Positions 8,410 through 15,629 of a stretch of DNA of 20,000 bases are shown here, piece by piece (the first letter of the stretch is position 1; every line of letters begins with the position of its first letter). This stretch comes from an uncultured virus (IMG/VR IMGVR_UViG_3300027973_000051). Lineage: Duplodnaviria; Heunggongvirae; Uroviricota; Caudoviricetes. Under the pieces are notes generated by a model. The model made no database searches, was not told where the DNA came from, and saw only the letters and a list, made by a program, of their open reading frames with translations. The stretch lies in the IMG/VR virus record IMGVR_UViG_3300027973_000051; one strand, written 5' to 3'. Position numbers and translations under genes: made by a program.

Positions 8410-8789
8410 TATAGGCTACCTGTAATATCTCCGATTACAGAGATAGTTCCAATCAAAGGTGTCCATACGGTATCTGAATCAATAGTTACTTGCAGATCAA
8501 AAGTTAATTCTGTTACAACTGATTTAAAACCAGTTCCCCAATTAGCGGTCAAGGAAGCGGGAGCCATAATATCTACATATCCAACTCCTGGGGTAATTTC
8601 CAGGGAGTCAAGGAAGTCAGACTGAGGATCATAAGATGTAGCCTCATATGTCCAATCAGAGGTATCAAAATATGTTATTTCATCATCCTGTAAAAATTCA
8701 ACTCTAAGCGGAGAGGTATCTCCTCTAACAATATTCCATTTAATACGAGCAGGGTCTGCTCCAAATATCTCAGGTGAACAAAGATTCAT
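8409..8789 (-). CDS. 'RGDT' baseplate/tail-associated protein
   Basis: WNIVRGDTS...FDLQV...WTP..GTI.V.GDIT. Start revised to ATG 8789 because TGGTATAAT (8799-8807) lies inside the longer ORF call. Confidence 0.7.
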   Translation of the reverse strand: MNLCSPEIFGADPARIKWNIVRGDTSPLRVEFLQDDEITYFDTSDWTYEATSYDPQSDFLDSLEITPGVGYVDIMAPASLTANWGTGFKSVVTELTFDLQVTIDSDTVWTPLIGTISVIGDITGSL

Positions 8790-8809
8790 AATACCTAGAT
8801 TATACCATG

Positions 8810-8865
8810 AAAAAAGACTAGTACTCAGGCTGGTGGGTATGAGAGACAAACCAGAGTACTAGTCA
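8810..8865 (-). ncRNA. Candidate ~55-nt hairpin small RNA or intrinsic terminator
   Basis: Perfect 11-bp stem GACTAGTACTC/GAGTACTAGTC (8816-8864), inner CTGGT/ACCAG pairing and a T6 tail. Extended -10 TGATATACT at 8872-8880 directly upstream. Confidence 0.5.
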
Positions 8866-9074
8866 AATAAAAGTATATCATATCAGTACAATTTGGACAT
8901 TGATATTTAAAGTTATCAAATTGTTATTGTCTATTATGTCCGTTTTGTCTATTATGTAATAACTCATCAGAAAAGGGATAGTGTATACTAAATATATATA
9001 AGAAGAAAGAACTATCTTTAAGTTAAGTTTTTAGTATATCTTATATATTATATATAGTATATAGAAAGAATAAA

Positions 9075-9974
9075 ATGAATCAATTTTACGACAAATACTT
9101 TTCTGGAAACTTAATAGGTGCAACTCGTGGTGGATTCAATAAACGTGGGGAAGCAATAGAAAGCAATACAACGTATGATGGTGTATGTCCAGATTGTGAT
9201 CATTATGGTGATTGTGCTATTGTAAGAAAAGGTAATATTTATCCAGATCCCTTAATAACTTACAAGATAAATAACTACGGATATAGGTCTGATGATATCA
9301 CAAAAGAAGATGCACTAAATAATTTTATATTTTCTGGATGCTCAAATACTTTTGGAATAGGCGTTCCAATTGAATCTATTTGGGCCCATCAAATTAATGA
9401 AGAACTTGGTGGAGAAAAATTTATAAATCTTGGAATGAATAGCGGGTCTCATAAAACAATAGTTTTTGATATATTTAGATACATTAAAAATTTTGGAAAA
9501 CCTAAAGGTGTCTTTGTTCTTTTTCCAAACATGGAGCGACATATAGGATTTAGCAAAGATAAAGATAAGAATATTTTTATACTAGTTTATAGAAATCCTA
9601 GAGGCAGAGAAGATATGCAAAAATGCCTAGATGCAATACCAGAAGATGTTGCATGGTTTGAGTTCTATCATACTGTTATGATGCTTGAAGATTATTTGGA
9701 ACAACTTGATATTCCTTTGGTTTGGGCTACTTGGGATGAAAAACTTAATAAAAAAATACTAGGAACAAAAGGTTTTAGAAATTATGTAAATACTGAAAAC
9801 TTTGATATATTTGATAGAACAAAGGCTCTTGGAAAACCAGATAAATTTAAAAATAGGTATTGGGAAATAGCAAGAGACCTTTCTCATATGGGAACAAAAT
9901 CACATATGTTTTACTATCAATTATTAATTGATGAATGGAGGAATAAATATGAGAAGAATAATCAATCGAGTTAG
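9075..9974 (+). CDS. SGNH/GDSL hydrolase-like protein
   Basis: FSGCSNTFG (block I), INLGMNSGS (block II), RDLSHMG (DxxH). Confidence 0.7.
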   Translation: MNQFYDKYFSGNLIGATRGGFNKRGEAIESNTTYDGVCPDCDHYGDCAIVRKGNIYPDPLITYKINNYGYRSDDITKEDALNNFIFSGCSNTFGIGVPIESIWAHQINEELGGEKFINLGMNSGSHKTIVFDIFRYIKNFGKPKGVFVLFPNMERHIGFSKDKDKNIFILVYRNPRGREDMQKCLDAIPEDVAWFEFYHTVMMLEDYLEQLDIPLVWATWDEKLNKKILGTKGFRNYVNTENFDIFDRTKALGKPDKFKNRYWEIARDLSHMGTKSHMFYYQLLIDEWRNKYEKNNQSS

Positions 9975-10016
9975 GTTTTATTTTTTTAAAAAGAAGAATA
10001 AAAATAGAGATTATAT

Positions 10017-10283
10017 TTACTGAGTAAATCTATCTATGTGTTTAATTAGCACATCATACATCTTATCAATCTTATCTTCTTGACGATTTCTAGATGTTAA
10101 AGAATCAATTCTTTGATCCTCAAGTGCAATTTCTAATCTATTGACCTGATCTTTGAGGCTTGATCCAGAATTGGGCTTAAGTTCTGCTAAATAATGTTTT
10201 ACAAGCCACTTGATTGCTCCCGCAAGAACTGCTACAATTGTAAGTACGGATACGGCAAGTGCTGCCCAGTCTTGAAGTGTCAT
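10017..10283 (-). CDS. Single-TM membrane protein with coiled coil (holin-like)
   Basis: WAALAVSVLTIVAVLAGAIKWLV TM segment, then PNSGSSLKDQVNRLE. TTGTATAAT lies 9 nt before ATG 10283. Confidence 0.6.
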   Translation of the reverse strand: MTLQDWAALAVSVLTIVAVLAGAIKWLVKHYLAELKPNSGSSLKDQVNRLEIALEDQRIDSLTSRNRQEDKIDKMYDVLIKHIDRFTQ

Positions 10284-10315
10284 AACTATATTATTATACA
10301 AGGAGTTTTAGAAAA

Positions 10316-11086
10316 ATGAAAACAGCCATACTTAAAACACTGGAGTATTCTCAAAATTTAATTATATCTCCAGATATGGATGGTTTTCTTTCCGCCGAGT
10401 TATTAAATCGTTATAACGGTTCTAAAGTCGTCGGTACATATGATAAAAACATTCTTTGTCTTTCCGACGATATAACAATAGAAGATTGTTTGTTTGTTGA
10501 TTGCGATATGAATCGTTCGGAATATGTTTCAATCGGAAATCATATGCGCCGATTAGATGACGGTATGTCAATTAAATCTTTTAATCCGAATGTACACTTC
10601 GCCGTAACAACATATACTGACAAGTTTCCATATGCAACGGCTTTTTTAGTCGCCGACGCAATAGAGGCTCCTACATCCCAAGAAGACCACATTCGCATGG
10701 CCTATGCTGACTCTACATTACGCAATATGGAAAATTACAGCGATAACATGCGATCTTGGTCTATGAGAATGAATCATCCTTCAATATCTTACATAATGGA
10801 CAATTCGGACATTATAAAAGAGGCAGATAATAAACTTCGAGAGGTATATCCAAACCAATCTTTTACATCTAAGAGGTTTGGTAAGAAGAGGTACATAGAA
10901 GCCCTTAACAAGGCATTTGAGGACCTTTCAATGGATTACCTACCACTGACCCAGGGTATCAAATTGTTATCAGACAAAGTAGGCTTAAACACCGTTATGC
11001 GATATAATAAAGATATCATCTCATATGCAGAAGTATTTGGTGGAGAGTATAGCGTTACCTATGATCAGGAGATAGAGTGGAAGTAG
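10316..11086 (+). CDS. DHH-family phosphoesterase-like protein
   Basis: IISPDMDGFLSA (DxDG), LFVDCD, GNH and NPN motifs. AAGGAG RBS upstream. Confidence 0.55.
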   Translation: MKTAILKTLEYSQNLIISPDMDGFLSAELLNRYNGSKVVGTYDKNILCLSDDITIEDCLFVDCDMNRSEYVSIGNHMRRLDDGMSIKSFNPNVHFAVTTYTDKFPYATAFLVADAIEAPTSQEDHIRMAYADSTLRNMENYSDNMRSWSMRMNHPSISYIMDNSDIIKEADNKLREVYPNQSFTSKRFGKKRYIEALNKAFEDLSMDYLPLTQGIKLLSDKVGLNTVMRYNKDIISYAEVFGGEYSVTYDQEIEWK

Positions 11087-11781
11087 AGTTTTATTGTAAG
11101 GATTCTAGAGAGGCTTTTCTGCAATCAGAGAGTGTGGATTTGTTTTTCACTCACCCGCCGTATTTTGTAACAAACAAATATCATTATGGTGGAGACCTAG
11201 CCTTGCAATTACAAAATAAAAAAGATTATTTTGCATATTTAGATGCCTATATCCAATGTATTAAAAATATGGAAACTGCTCTAAAGGACACTGGCTCAGC
11301 GATTATCATATTAAAAAATTATGAACACTCATTTGATATCATAGCCAAAATCAAAAGTGAAACAAATCTAATAATCACAAAAAGTCTTATTTGGGACTAT
11401 TCCGATAGTGTATTTTTACAGCATAACCAAGAAAGAACTGGAGATGAGTTTGCTATTATGCTTCTTCTTCATAAAAGACATAGTGTGCCTAGATATGAGC
11501 ATTTAGAGAACTTTGTTATTAGGACTCCTTGGGATACCGCCCTAGAATCAGTTAAAGAGTTTGATGAAATAGGCTTTGTTTATGATTGCTTCCCCGAAAA
11601 ATTAACAGAAATGATTCTAGATAACTATTCTGTACCTGGAGATACTGTTGCTGACATATTTGGAGGAACTGGCACTACTGCAGCAGTTTCACTGCGTATG
11701 GGCCGAAAGGCTATTTATAACGATGTCTCTATTGAACAGTTTAATATTGCCAAAAAGCGTCTTTCTGCTATAATTGACTAA
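11077..11781 (+). CDS. DNA N6-adenine/N4-cytosine methyltransferase (beta class)
   Basis: SVDLFFTHPPY (motif IV) precedes FP..L...I...S.PGD.V.DIFGGTGTT (motif I). Confidence 0.85.
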   Translation: MEVEFYCKDSREAFLQSESVDLFFTHPPYFVTNKYHYGGDLALQLQNKKDYFAYLDAYIQCIKNMETALKDTGSAIIILKNYEHSFDIIAKIKSETNLIITKSLIWDYSDSVFLQHNQERTGDEFAIMLLLHKRHSVPRYEHLENFVIRTPWDTALESVKEFDEIGFVYDCFPEKLTEMILDNYSVPGDTVADIFGGTGTTAAVSLRMGRKAIYNDVSIEQFNIAKKRLSAIID

Positions 11782-11782
11782 T

Positions 11783-11980
11783 ATGGACGACGTAAAGTTT
11801 ACAGATTTGTTTGACCCTAGTCAGCCTAGATCAGACAGAGGTTTAATTGAGCATCGTCTTAGTATTTGTAATGAATGCCCTGCATTTAGAAAAAATACAA
11901 AGAAGTGTACTAAGTGTGGATGTTTCATGAATTTGAAATCTACATTAAAGCAGGCAAAGTGCCCTATAGGAAAGTGGTGA
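11783..11980 (+). CDS. Small Cys-rich protein (DUF6171-like), paralogue of 2888-3151
   Basis: RLSICNECP...CTKCGCFMNLKSTLKQAKCPIGKW. TGCTATAAT at 11766-11774 precedes ATG 11783. Confidence 0.75.
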   Translation: MDDVKFTDLFDPSQPRSDRGLIEHRLSICNECPAFRKNTKKCTKCGCFMNLKSTLKQAKCPIGKW

Positions 11981-11983
11981 GAG

Positions 11984-12631
11984 ATGGAAAAAGAACATAA
12001 GTTTTTTGAAAGAGTTGTTAGGTCTGATATACCTTCACTTGAAAAATTTGTTTTAGAATTAAACGATGACCTACATGATGGACTATTTCCAGACATCACA
12101 AAAGAAGAAGTTATTGCAAAGAAAGAAATCGTTGGCGATGCTATTGGAACATCTTTTGCTCACAAGTATAATATTTTTCAATTTTTAAATTCAGATATCA
12201 GAAAGTTACACCAAGCGATTAGAGACATGACCATTGAGGCATGTGATTACTATGGTGTGGACTTTAATAAGCAAGAATATATGCTTCAAGGTTGGTTTAA
12301 TTGCGATAATAAGTCATCAGATAATTTAAATGATTTACATGATCACTGTGGTGGAGTTGGATTACCATTTTTCCATGGTTACTATTGTGTAAATGCAGAA
12401 CCATCAGTGACTCATTACCAGTTAGATCCAAAAAACAATCCAGAGGAAATTTTTGAGAATGTCAATGTTAATGACAGAGCAATCCTTTCTGTTGTTGGGA
12501 AACCACATAGAAAAGGCAAGTGGGAACAAGATAGCAAGCGAATTACTATTGCTTATGATATGATCCCACTATCTGCTCTTGGCGATAATAATGACAAAAA
12601 CTATTTGCAACACTGGGTACCACTAATCTAA
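11984..12631 (+). CDS. Putative 2OG-Fe(II) oxygenase
   Basis: WFN, LHDH, FHGYYCVN, distal H and RITIAYD fit a double-stranded beta-helix oxygenase. Confidence 0.65.
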   Translation: MEKEHKFFERVVRSDIPSLEKFVLELNDDLHDGLFPDITKEEVIAKKEIVGDAIGTSFAHKYNIFQFLNSDIRKLHQAIRDMTIEACDYYGVDFNKQEYMLQGWFNCDNKSSDNLNDLHDHCGGVGLPFFHGYYCVNAEPSVTHYQLDPKNNPEEIFENVNVNDRAILSVVGKPHRKGKWEQDSKRITIAYDMIPLSALGDNNDKNYLQHWVPLI

Positions 12632-12640
12632 GGAGAAAAA

Positions 12641-12826
12641 ATGACAAGAGAAGATATCATCAGCACAATGATCGATACAGTAAACACATTTAACGCTGAG
12701 TTAATGAAGCAAAATGGAGCAACTGATGAACAGGTATCAGAAGCAATTGTTTCACAGCGCCCTGCGTTTGAAGGCATGTTCGGACTTATTTATGACGAAC
12801 TACTTGCCAAAGGCGCTTTTAACTAA
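12641..12826 (+). CDS. Hypothetical protein (61 aa)
   Basis: AAGGAG RBS upstream and co-oriented with the operon. Confidence 0.65.
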   Translation: MTREDIISTMIDTVNTFNAELMKQNGATDEQVSEAIVSQRPAFEGMFGLIYDELLAKGAFN

Positions 12827-12839
12827 AATCTGAAAAATT

Positions 12840-13013
12840 TTATTTACCGCAAGTGCAGTCAGAGCAACAAGTTTCTGAAAATAACTTTACGGACAAATTA
12901 GGATATCCCTGATCAAGGATTGGTCTTCCCATTGCATCGTTTTCTAATAGTGGTTTTGACTCAAACTGGAAATCTTCATCCCAGGCATTTTCTAAATTAT
13001 CTAATATTCCCAT
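12840..13013 (-). CDS. Hypothetical protein with C-terminal CCxxCxC (57 aa)
   Basis: MGILDNLENAWDEDFQFESK...ETCCSDCTCGK. TGGTAGAAT lies 6 nt before the ATG. Confidence 0.6.
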   Translation of the reverse strand: MGILDNLENAWDEDFQFESKPLLENDAMGRPILDQGYPNLSVKLFSETCCSDCTCGK

Positions 13014-13082
13014 GAATTTATTCTACCACAAATCTGAATATTTTTACTAGATGTATGATACATGATTTAGAAATAAATAAAC

Positions 13083-13116
13083 AAAAAAAATAGTGAGCAC
13101 ATACTGGTGCCCACTA
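13083..13116 (-). terminator. Intrinsic terminator
   Basis: Minus strand TAGTGGGCAC-cagtat-GTGCTCACTA followed by T8. Confidence 0.75.
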
Positions 13117-13135
13117 GATCTTTTAGAGTACTATT

Positions 13136-13240
13136 CTATACACACTTGCAAGGGTCTATGTGTGTCATTTCAGCATCAAAAATAATGATACCTGTGTCTC
13201 CACATGACTCGCATGTGTGTGCATACATTGCTGATGTCAT
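13136..13240 (-). CDS. Small Cys-rich peptide (34 aa)
   Basis: MTSAMYAHTCESCGDTGIIIFDAEMTHIDPCKCV. Abuts the upstream stop, with GAGG RBS. Confidence 0.55.
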   Translation of the reverse strand: MTSAMYAHTCESCGDTGIIIFDAEMTHIDPCKCV

Positions 13241-13405
13241 CTACTTAACCTCAATCTTTCTAACACATGCTGAGAACTTAACCTTCTTGCCTAAGTCACT
13301 ATCATTGAGTGAGTCAATGAGATGGTCAATCTCTTTTGCATCTGTTGCGATGTTGTCAACAGATAGTAGATTGCTACCCTGCCAAATTGAGTATGTGATT
13401 GTCAT
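13241..13405 (-). CDS. Hypothetical early protein (54 aa)
   Basis: MTITYSIWQG..., downstream of the promoter at 13443-13471. Confidence 0.65.
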   Translation of the reverse strand: MTITYSIWQGSNLLSVDNIATDAKEIDHLIDSLNDSDLGKKVKFSACVRKIEVK

Positions 13406-13442
13406 TGTCTGTTCTTCTTTCGTTAGTTTGTTTATAAGGATA

Positions 13443-13497
13443 ATAATAGTAGGGATAAGGGAAAAAGTCAAGCATTTAGCGTGTGGTGTTGGTCACA
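13443..13497 (-). promoter_or_regulatory. Promoter with upstream CRP-like box
   Basis: TTGACT-17-TATTAT on the minus strand. TGTGG-N6-TCACA at 13482-13497. Confidence 0.75.
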
Positions 13498-13499
13498 CC

Positions 13500-13673
13500 T
13501 TAGAAGCCATACCATTTCTTGCGTATAGCCTCTATTGTGGCTATCTGTGCCTCATCTGCTGAGCGATAGGCTTCTACGCTTTCACGTATCCATGGAGACT
13601 TTAGCATAGCCTTCTCATGTGCTTCATGGCGAGCAAGGTCTTGCTCTGCCTTTATTCTGTTTAGTGTATCCAT
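13500..13673 (-). CDS. Hypothetical early protein (57 aa)
   Basis: MDTLNRIKAEQDLARHEAHEKAMLKSPWIRES...KKWYGF, with AGAAAGGTG RBS. Confidence 0.7.
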   Translation of the reverse strand: MDTLNRIKAEQDLARHEAHEKAMLKSPWIRESVEAYRSADEAQIATIEAIRKKWYGF

Positions 13674-13728
13674 TTAATGAACACCTTTCTTTAGTAGTTT
13701 TATTTAGTATTTAATTGTTATACCTGTA

Positions 13729-13794
13729 AGGGTATCATACATACCCTGAAAAGTCAAGGCGACACGCCGTTGGCGTGATGTGATGTGTGTCACT
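13729..13794 (-). promoter_or_regulatory. Promoter with ACGGCGTGTC element and CRP-like box
   Basis: TTGACT-17-TACCCT (TGn extended), GTGTC 3 nt upstream of -35, TGTGA-N6-TCACT at 13779-13794. Confidence 0.7.
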
Positions 13795-13810
13795 TATTCG
13801 CTACGCTCAT

Positions 13811-13826
13811 GCGAACATTTGTTCGC
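13811..13826. promoter_or_regulatory. LexA/SOS box (Gram-positive/actinobacterial type)
   Basis: GCGAAC-ATTT-GTTCGC is a perfect match to CGAAC-N4-GTTCG. Confidence 0.7.
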
Positions 13827-13879
13827 CTTATTTGGTAGGCTCATTGACCTTTTCTTTATTTAATTTTTTGTATACGGCA

Positions 13880-14048
13880 AGTATAACAGACATACCCCAC
13901 AAAGTCAAGTCCTGACACGGCGTGTCGCATGTGATGTCCCTCACATTTTACTCGGGTGAAATGTGGTGTAGGTCACATGTGTTCTACCTCACAATGTCCC
14001 TAATGTCCGTATTGCACCCTACCATTTGTCAGTGGTAGGTGTTACACT
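13880..14048. promoter_or_regulatory. Divergent promoter hub
   Basis: Minus: TTGACT-17-TATACT (13880-13908). Palindrome GACACG-G-CGTGTC (13914-13926). Three CRP-like boxes (13930, 13962, 13978). Plus: TGTCAG-N10-TACACT (14027-14048). Confidence 0.75.
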
Positions 14049-14104
14049 TACAGTATAAAGAAAAACAAGAGGTAAAGAAATCCTCTAAAGAAAGGTGGTC
14101 TAAA

Positions 14105-14278
14105 ATGACTACACTTACAGTATGTAAAGAGCATAACCCTATGCTATCCGCTATCTCCTCAGTAGGAGATGACCAATTCACTTTTTGTCAAGATTGTGAA
14201 AATAACATTGAGCGTTGGTATGACGATACTGACCCAGAAAGACTACCTATGTGGTCAGATTGGAAGGTTTCTAAATGA
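14105..14278 (+). CDS. Small Cys/His-containing early protein
   Basis: MTTLTVCKEH...FCQDCENNI...WSDW, with AAAGGTGG RBS. Confidence 0.7.
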   Translation: MTTLTVCKEHNPMLSAISSVGDDQFTFCQDCENNIERWYDDTDPERLPMWSDWKVSK

Positions 14279-14388
14279 GAGACTTTGTAGAAAAACTAGA
14301 AATAGAAAACTTTTGGGAAGATGAATACATTGACCCACTAGCAAAACGATTAGATGAACTAATCAAGAAAGGTAGTTACTCAAAATGA
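14275..14388 (+). CDS. Hypothetical peptide (37 aa)
   Basis: MRDFVEKLEIENFWEDEYIDPLAKRLDELIKKGSYSK, with ATGA overlaps at both ends. Confidence 0.6.
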   Translation: MRDFVEKLEIENFWEDEYIDPLAKRLDELIKKGSYSK

Positions 14389-14549
14389 GCACTTTCATAA
14401 ACCTTGCCTCTGTGTGTGGTAAATCTTCTGCTTCTGTTGATGTCTATGACCTAGACCTCAACCCTAATGGAGTTATCTGTTGCGATAACTGTAAGTCAAT
14501 TCTTATGTGCCGCAAGGCTTGGGATTTTCTATACAAGGAGAATAAATGA
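14385..14549 (+). CDS. Small Cys-rich protein (54 aa)
   Basis: MSTFINLASVCG...ICCDNCKSILMCR..., ATGA-coupled. Confidence 0.6.
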   Translation: MSTFINLASVCGKSSASVDVYDLDLNPNGVICCDNCKSILMCRKAWDFLYKENK

Positions 14550-14635
14550 AAACACTTCAAGAGAAATTAGATGAAGCAGCCATTGCACTAGAACCAGTGC
14601 TTTGGGAACTACTAGATGAAATTGATGGTAACTAA
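14546..14635 (+). CDS. Acidic peptide (29 aa)
   Basis: MKTLQEKLDEAAIALEPVLWELLDEIDGN, with AAGGAG RBS and ATGA coupling. Confidence 0.6.
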   Translation: MKTLQEKLDEAAIALEPVLWELLDEIDGN

Positions 14636-14688
14636 TGTTAGTTGTATGTATTGCAATGATGGTTTTTGGTTTTCTTTATTCCTTGTAA
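14635..14688 (+). CDS. Possible hydrophobic micropeptide (17 aa)
   Basis: MLVVCIAMMVFGFLYSL, TAATG-coupled and ending before a terminator. Confidence 0.35.
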   Translation: MLVVCIAMMVFGFLYSL

Positions 14689-14697
14689 ATAAAAAGC

Positions 14698-14727
14698 AAA
14701 GATCGCAGAATAAAAACTGCGATTTTT
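14698..14727 (+). terminator. Intrinsic terminator
   Basis: ATCGCAG-aataaaaa-CTGCGAT followed by a T run, with an A run upstream. Confidence 0.6.
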
Positions 14728-14740
14728 GACTCGGGCGGTT

Positions 14741-14806
14741 TGTGATGTAAAACACATCTAAGATACGGCGTGTCGTCTTGACTTTTTGACATTTCTCTGC
14801 TATACT
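14741..14806 (+). promoter_or_regulatory. Promoter with CRP-like box and ACGGCGTGTC element
   Basis: TGTGA-N6-ACACA, then ACGGCGTGTC-gtc-TTGACT-17-TATACT (TGn). Confidence 0.8.
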
Positions 14807-14856
14807 TCTAGTATAAAGAAAGTTGAGAAAGGTTCTCAAACTAGAAAGGTCAGAAA

Positions 14857-15021
14857 ATGACAAATAGAATGTGGGAAAGTCGAAATGACTTTCAGAATGA
14901 AAGTGACGCTAAGCGTCTTGGTTATGTAGCCTGTTCAGCAGGTTGCGGTAGAGTGACAGCATGGTCACTATGCGTAATGTGTGGAGGCAACTACGCCACA
15001 CACAACCTAGTAGGAAAGTGA
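14857..15021 (+). CDS. Small Zn-finger-like protein (54 aa)
   Basis: MTNRMWESRN...CSAGC...CVMC..., with AGAAAGG RBS. Confidence 0.65.
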   Translation: MTNRMWESRNDFQNESDAKRLGYVACSAGCGRVTAWSLCVMCGGNYATHNLVGK

Positions 15022-15082
15022 TCTAAATCACACAAACTGAACGGCGTGTCGTCTTGACTTTTTAGGTCTTATCTGATAGTCT
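15017..15082 (+). promoter_or_regulatory. Promoter with CRP-like box and ACGGCGTGTC element
   Basis: AGTGA-N6-TCACA, then ACGGCGTGTCGTCTTGACTTTTT (identical to the copy at 14765), 17 nt, TAGTCT (TGn). Confidence 0.75.
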
Positions 15083-15122
15083 TACTACATAAGAAAAACT
15101 AAATAAAGGACAAATTGGCTAA

Positions 15123-15174
15123 TGAGCCTAAGCAAATAAATGTGATGTAAATCACAGTGAGCCTTAGCAAATAA
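15123..15174 (+). repeat. 17-bp direct repeats flanking a CRP-like box
   Basis: TGAGCCTAAGCAAATAA and TGAGCCTTAGCAAATAA surround TGTGATGTAAATCACA. Confidence 0.85.
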
Positions 15175-15240
15175 GTAGTCAAAATGTCAGCCCCCAATGA
15201 TAGGATAGTCTTATCAACTTAAACGAAAGGTATAACACTT

Positions 15241-15426
15241 ATGTCATACACTGTAAAACTAGAAACCTTTTCAGGTTCTACAAAATCAATCTCACTCCCT
15301 AGCAAGGGTGCTGTTGCTCAATTCATTTCAACCTACCCTCAGACTTTGCCAATTGGTGTATCTGTGAAAATCGCTTGCGATACTCTTGGAATTACTGGAA
15401 CACTACGAGGAAAGGCCTCTCTATAA
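15241..15426 (+). CDS. Hypothetical early protein
   Basis: 61 aa, GAAAGG RBS, TGTCAG-N10-TAGGAT promoter upstream. Confidence 0.7.
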   Translation: MSYTVKLETFSGSTKSISLPSKGAVAQFISTYPQTLPIGVSVKIACDTLGITGTLRGKASL

Positions 15427-15629
15427 TGAAAATTGAACATAACCTAAAGTTTGTAACAGAGTTTGCAGAGGGTCACCCTGTAACGGCAACCATGTCTGCA
15501 CTAGATGAGTCTATGCGTGTTATCATGCTAGAGTCAATGCTAAAAGATTTAATTGCTCCACGCCTGCAACCAATTCTTGATGAAATAAATGCTAATGGCT
15601 CCTATGCAATTCTAAAGGTGGCAGACTAA
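15426..15629 (+). CDS. Hypothetical early protein
   Basis: MKIEHNLKFVTEF..., TAATG-coupled start at 15426. Confidence 0.7.
   Translation: MKIEHNLKFVTEFAEGHPVTATMSALDESMRVIMLESMLKDLIAPRLQPILDEINANGSYAILKVAD

Noticed and set aside
9949..10023. 24-codon basic ORF MRRIINRVRFYFFKKKNKNRDYIY
   Set aside because: A possible micropeptide (GGAGG upstream), but too short and AT-rich to support without homologues.
10316..11781. DHH-like gene plus MTase as a restriction-modification system
   Set aside because: No recognisable restriction endonuclease motif; adjacency alone is insufficient.
13107..13562. 151-aa plus-strand ORF (also 14612-14863, 18215-18463, 18614-18844, 19097-19402, 11821-12099)
   Set aside because: Antisense to genes supported by RBS and promoters, or running across regulatory DNA.
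15123..15174. Repeat-spacer-repeat as a mini-CRISPR
   Set aside because: Repeats and spacer are only about 17-18 nt, there are two units, and the spacer is a palindromic operator. Kept as a regulatory cassette instead.
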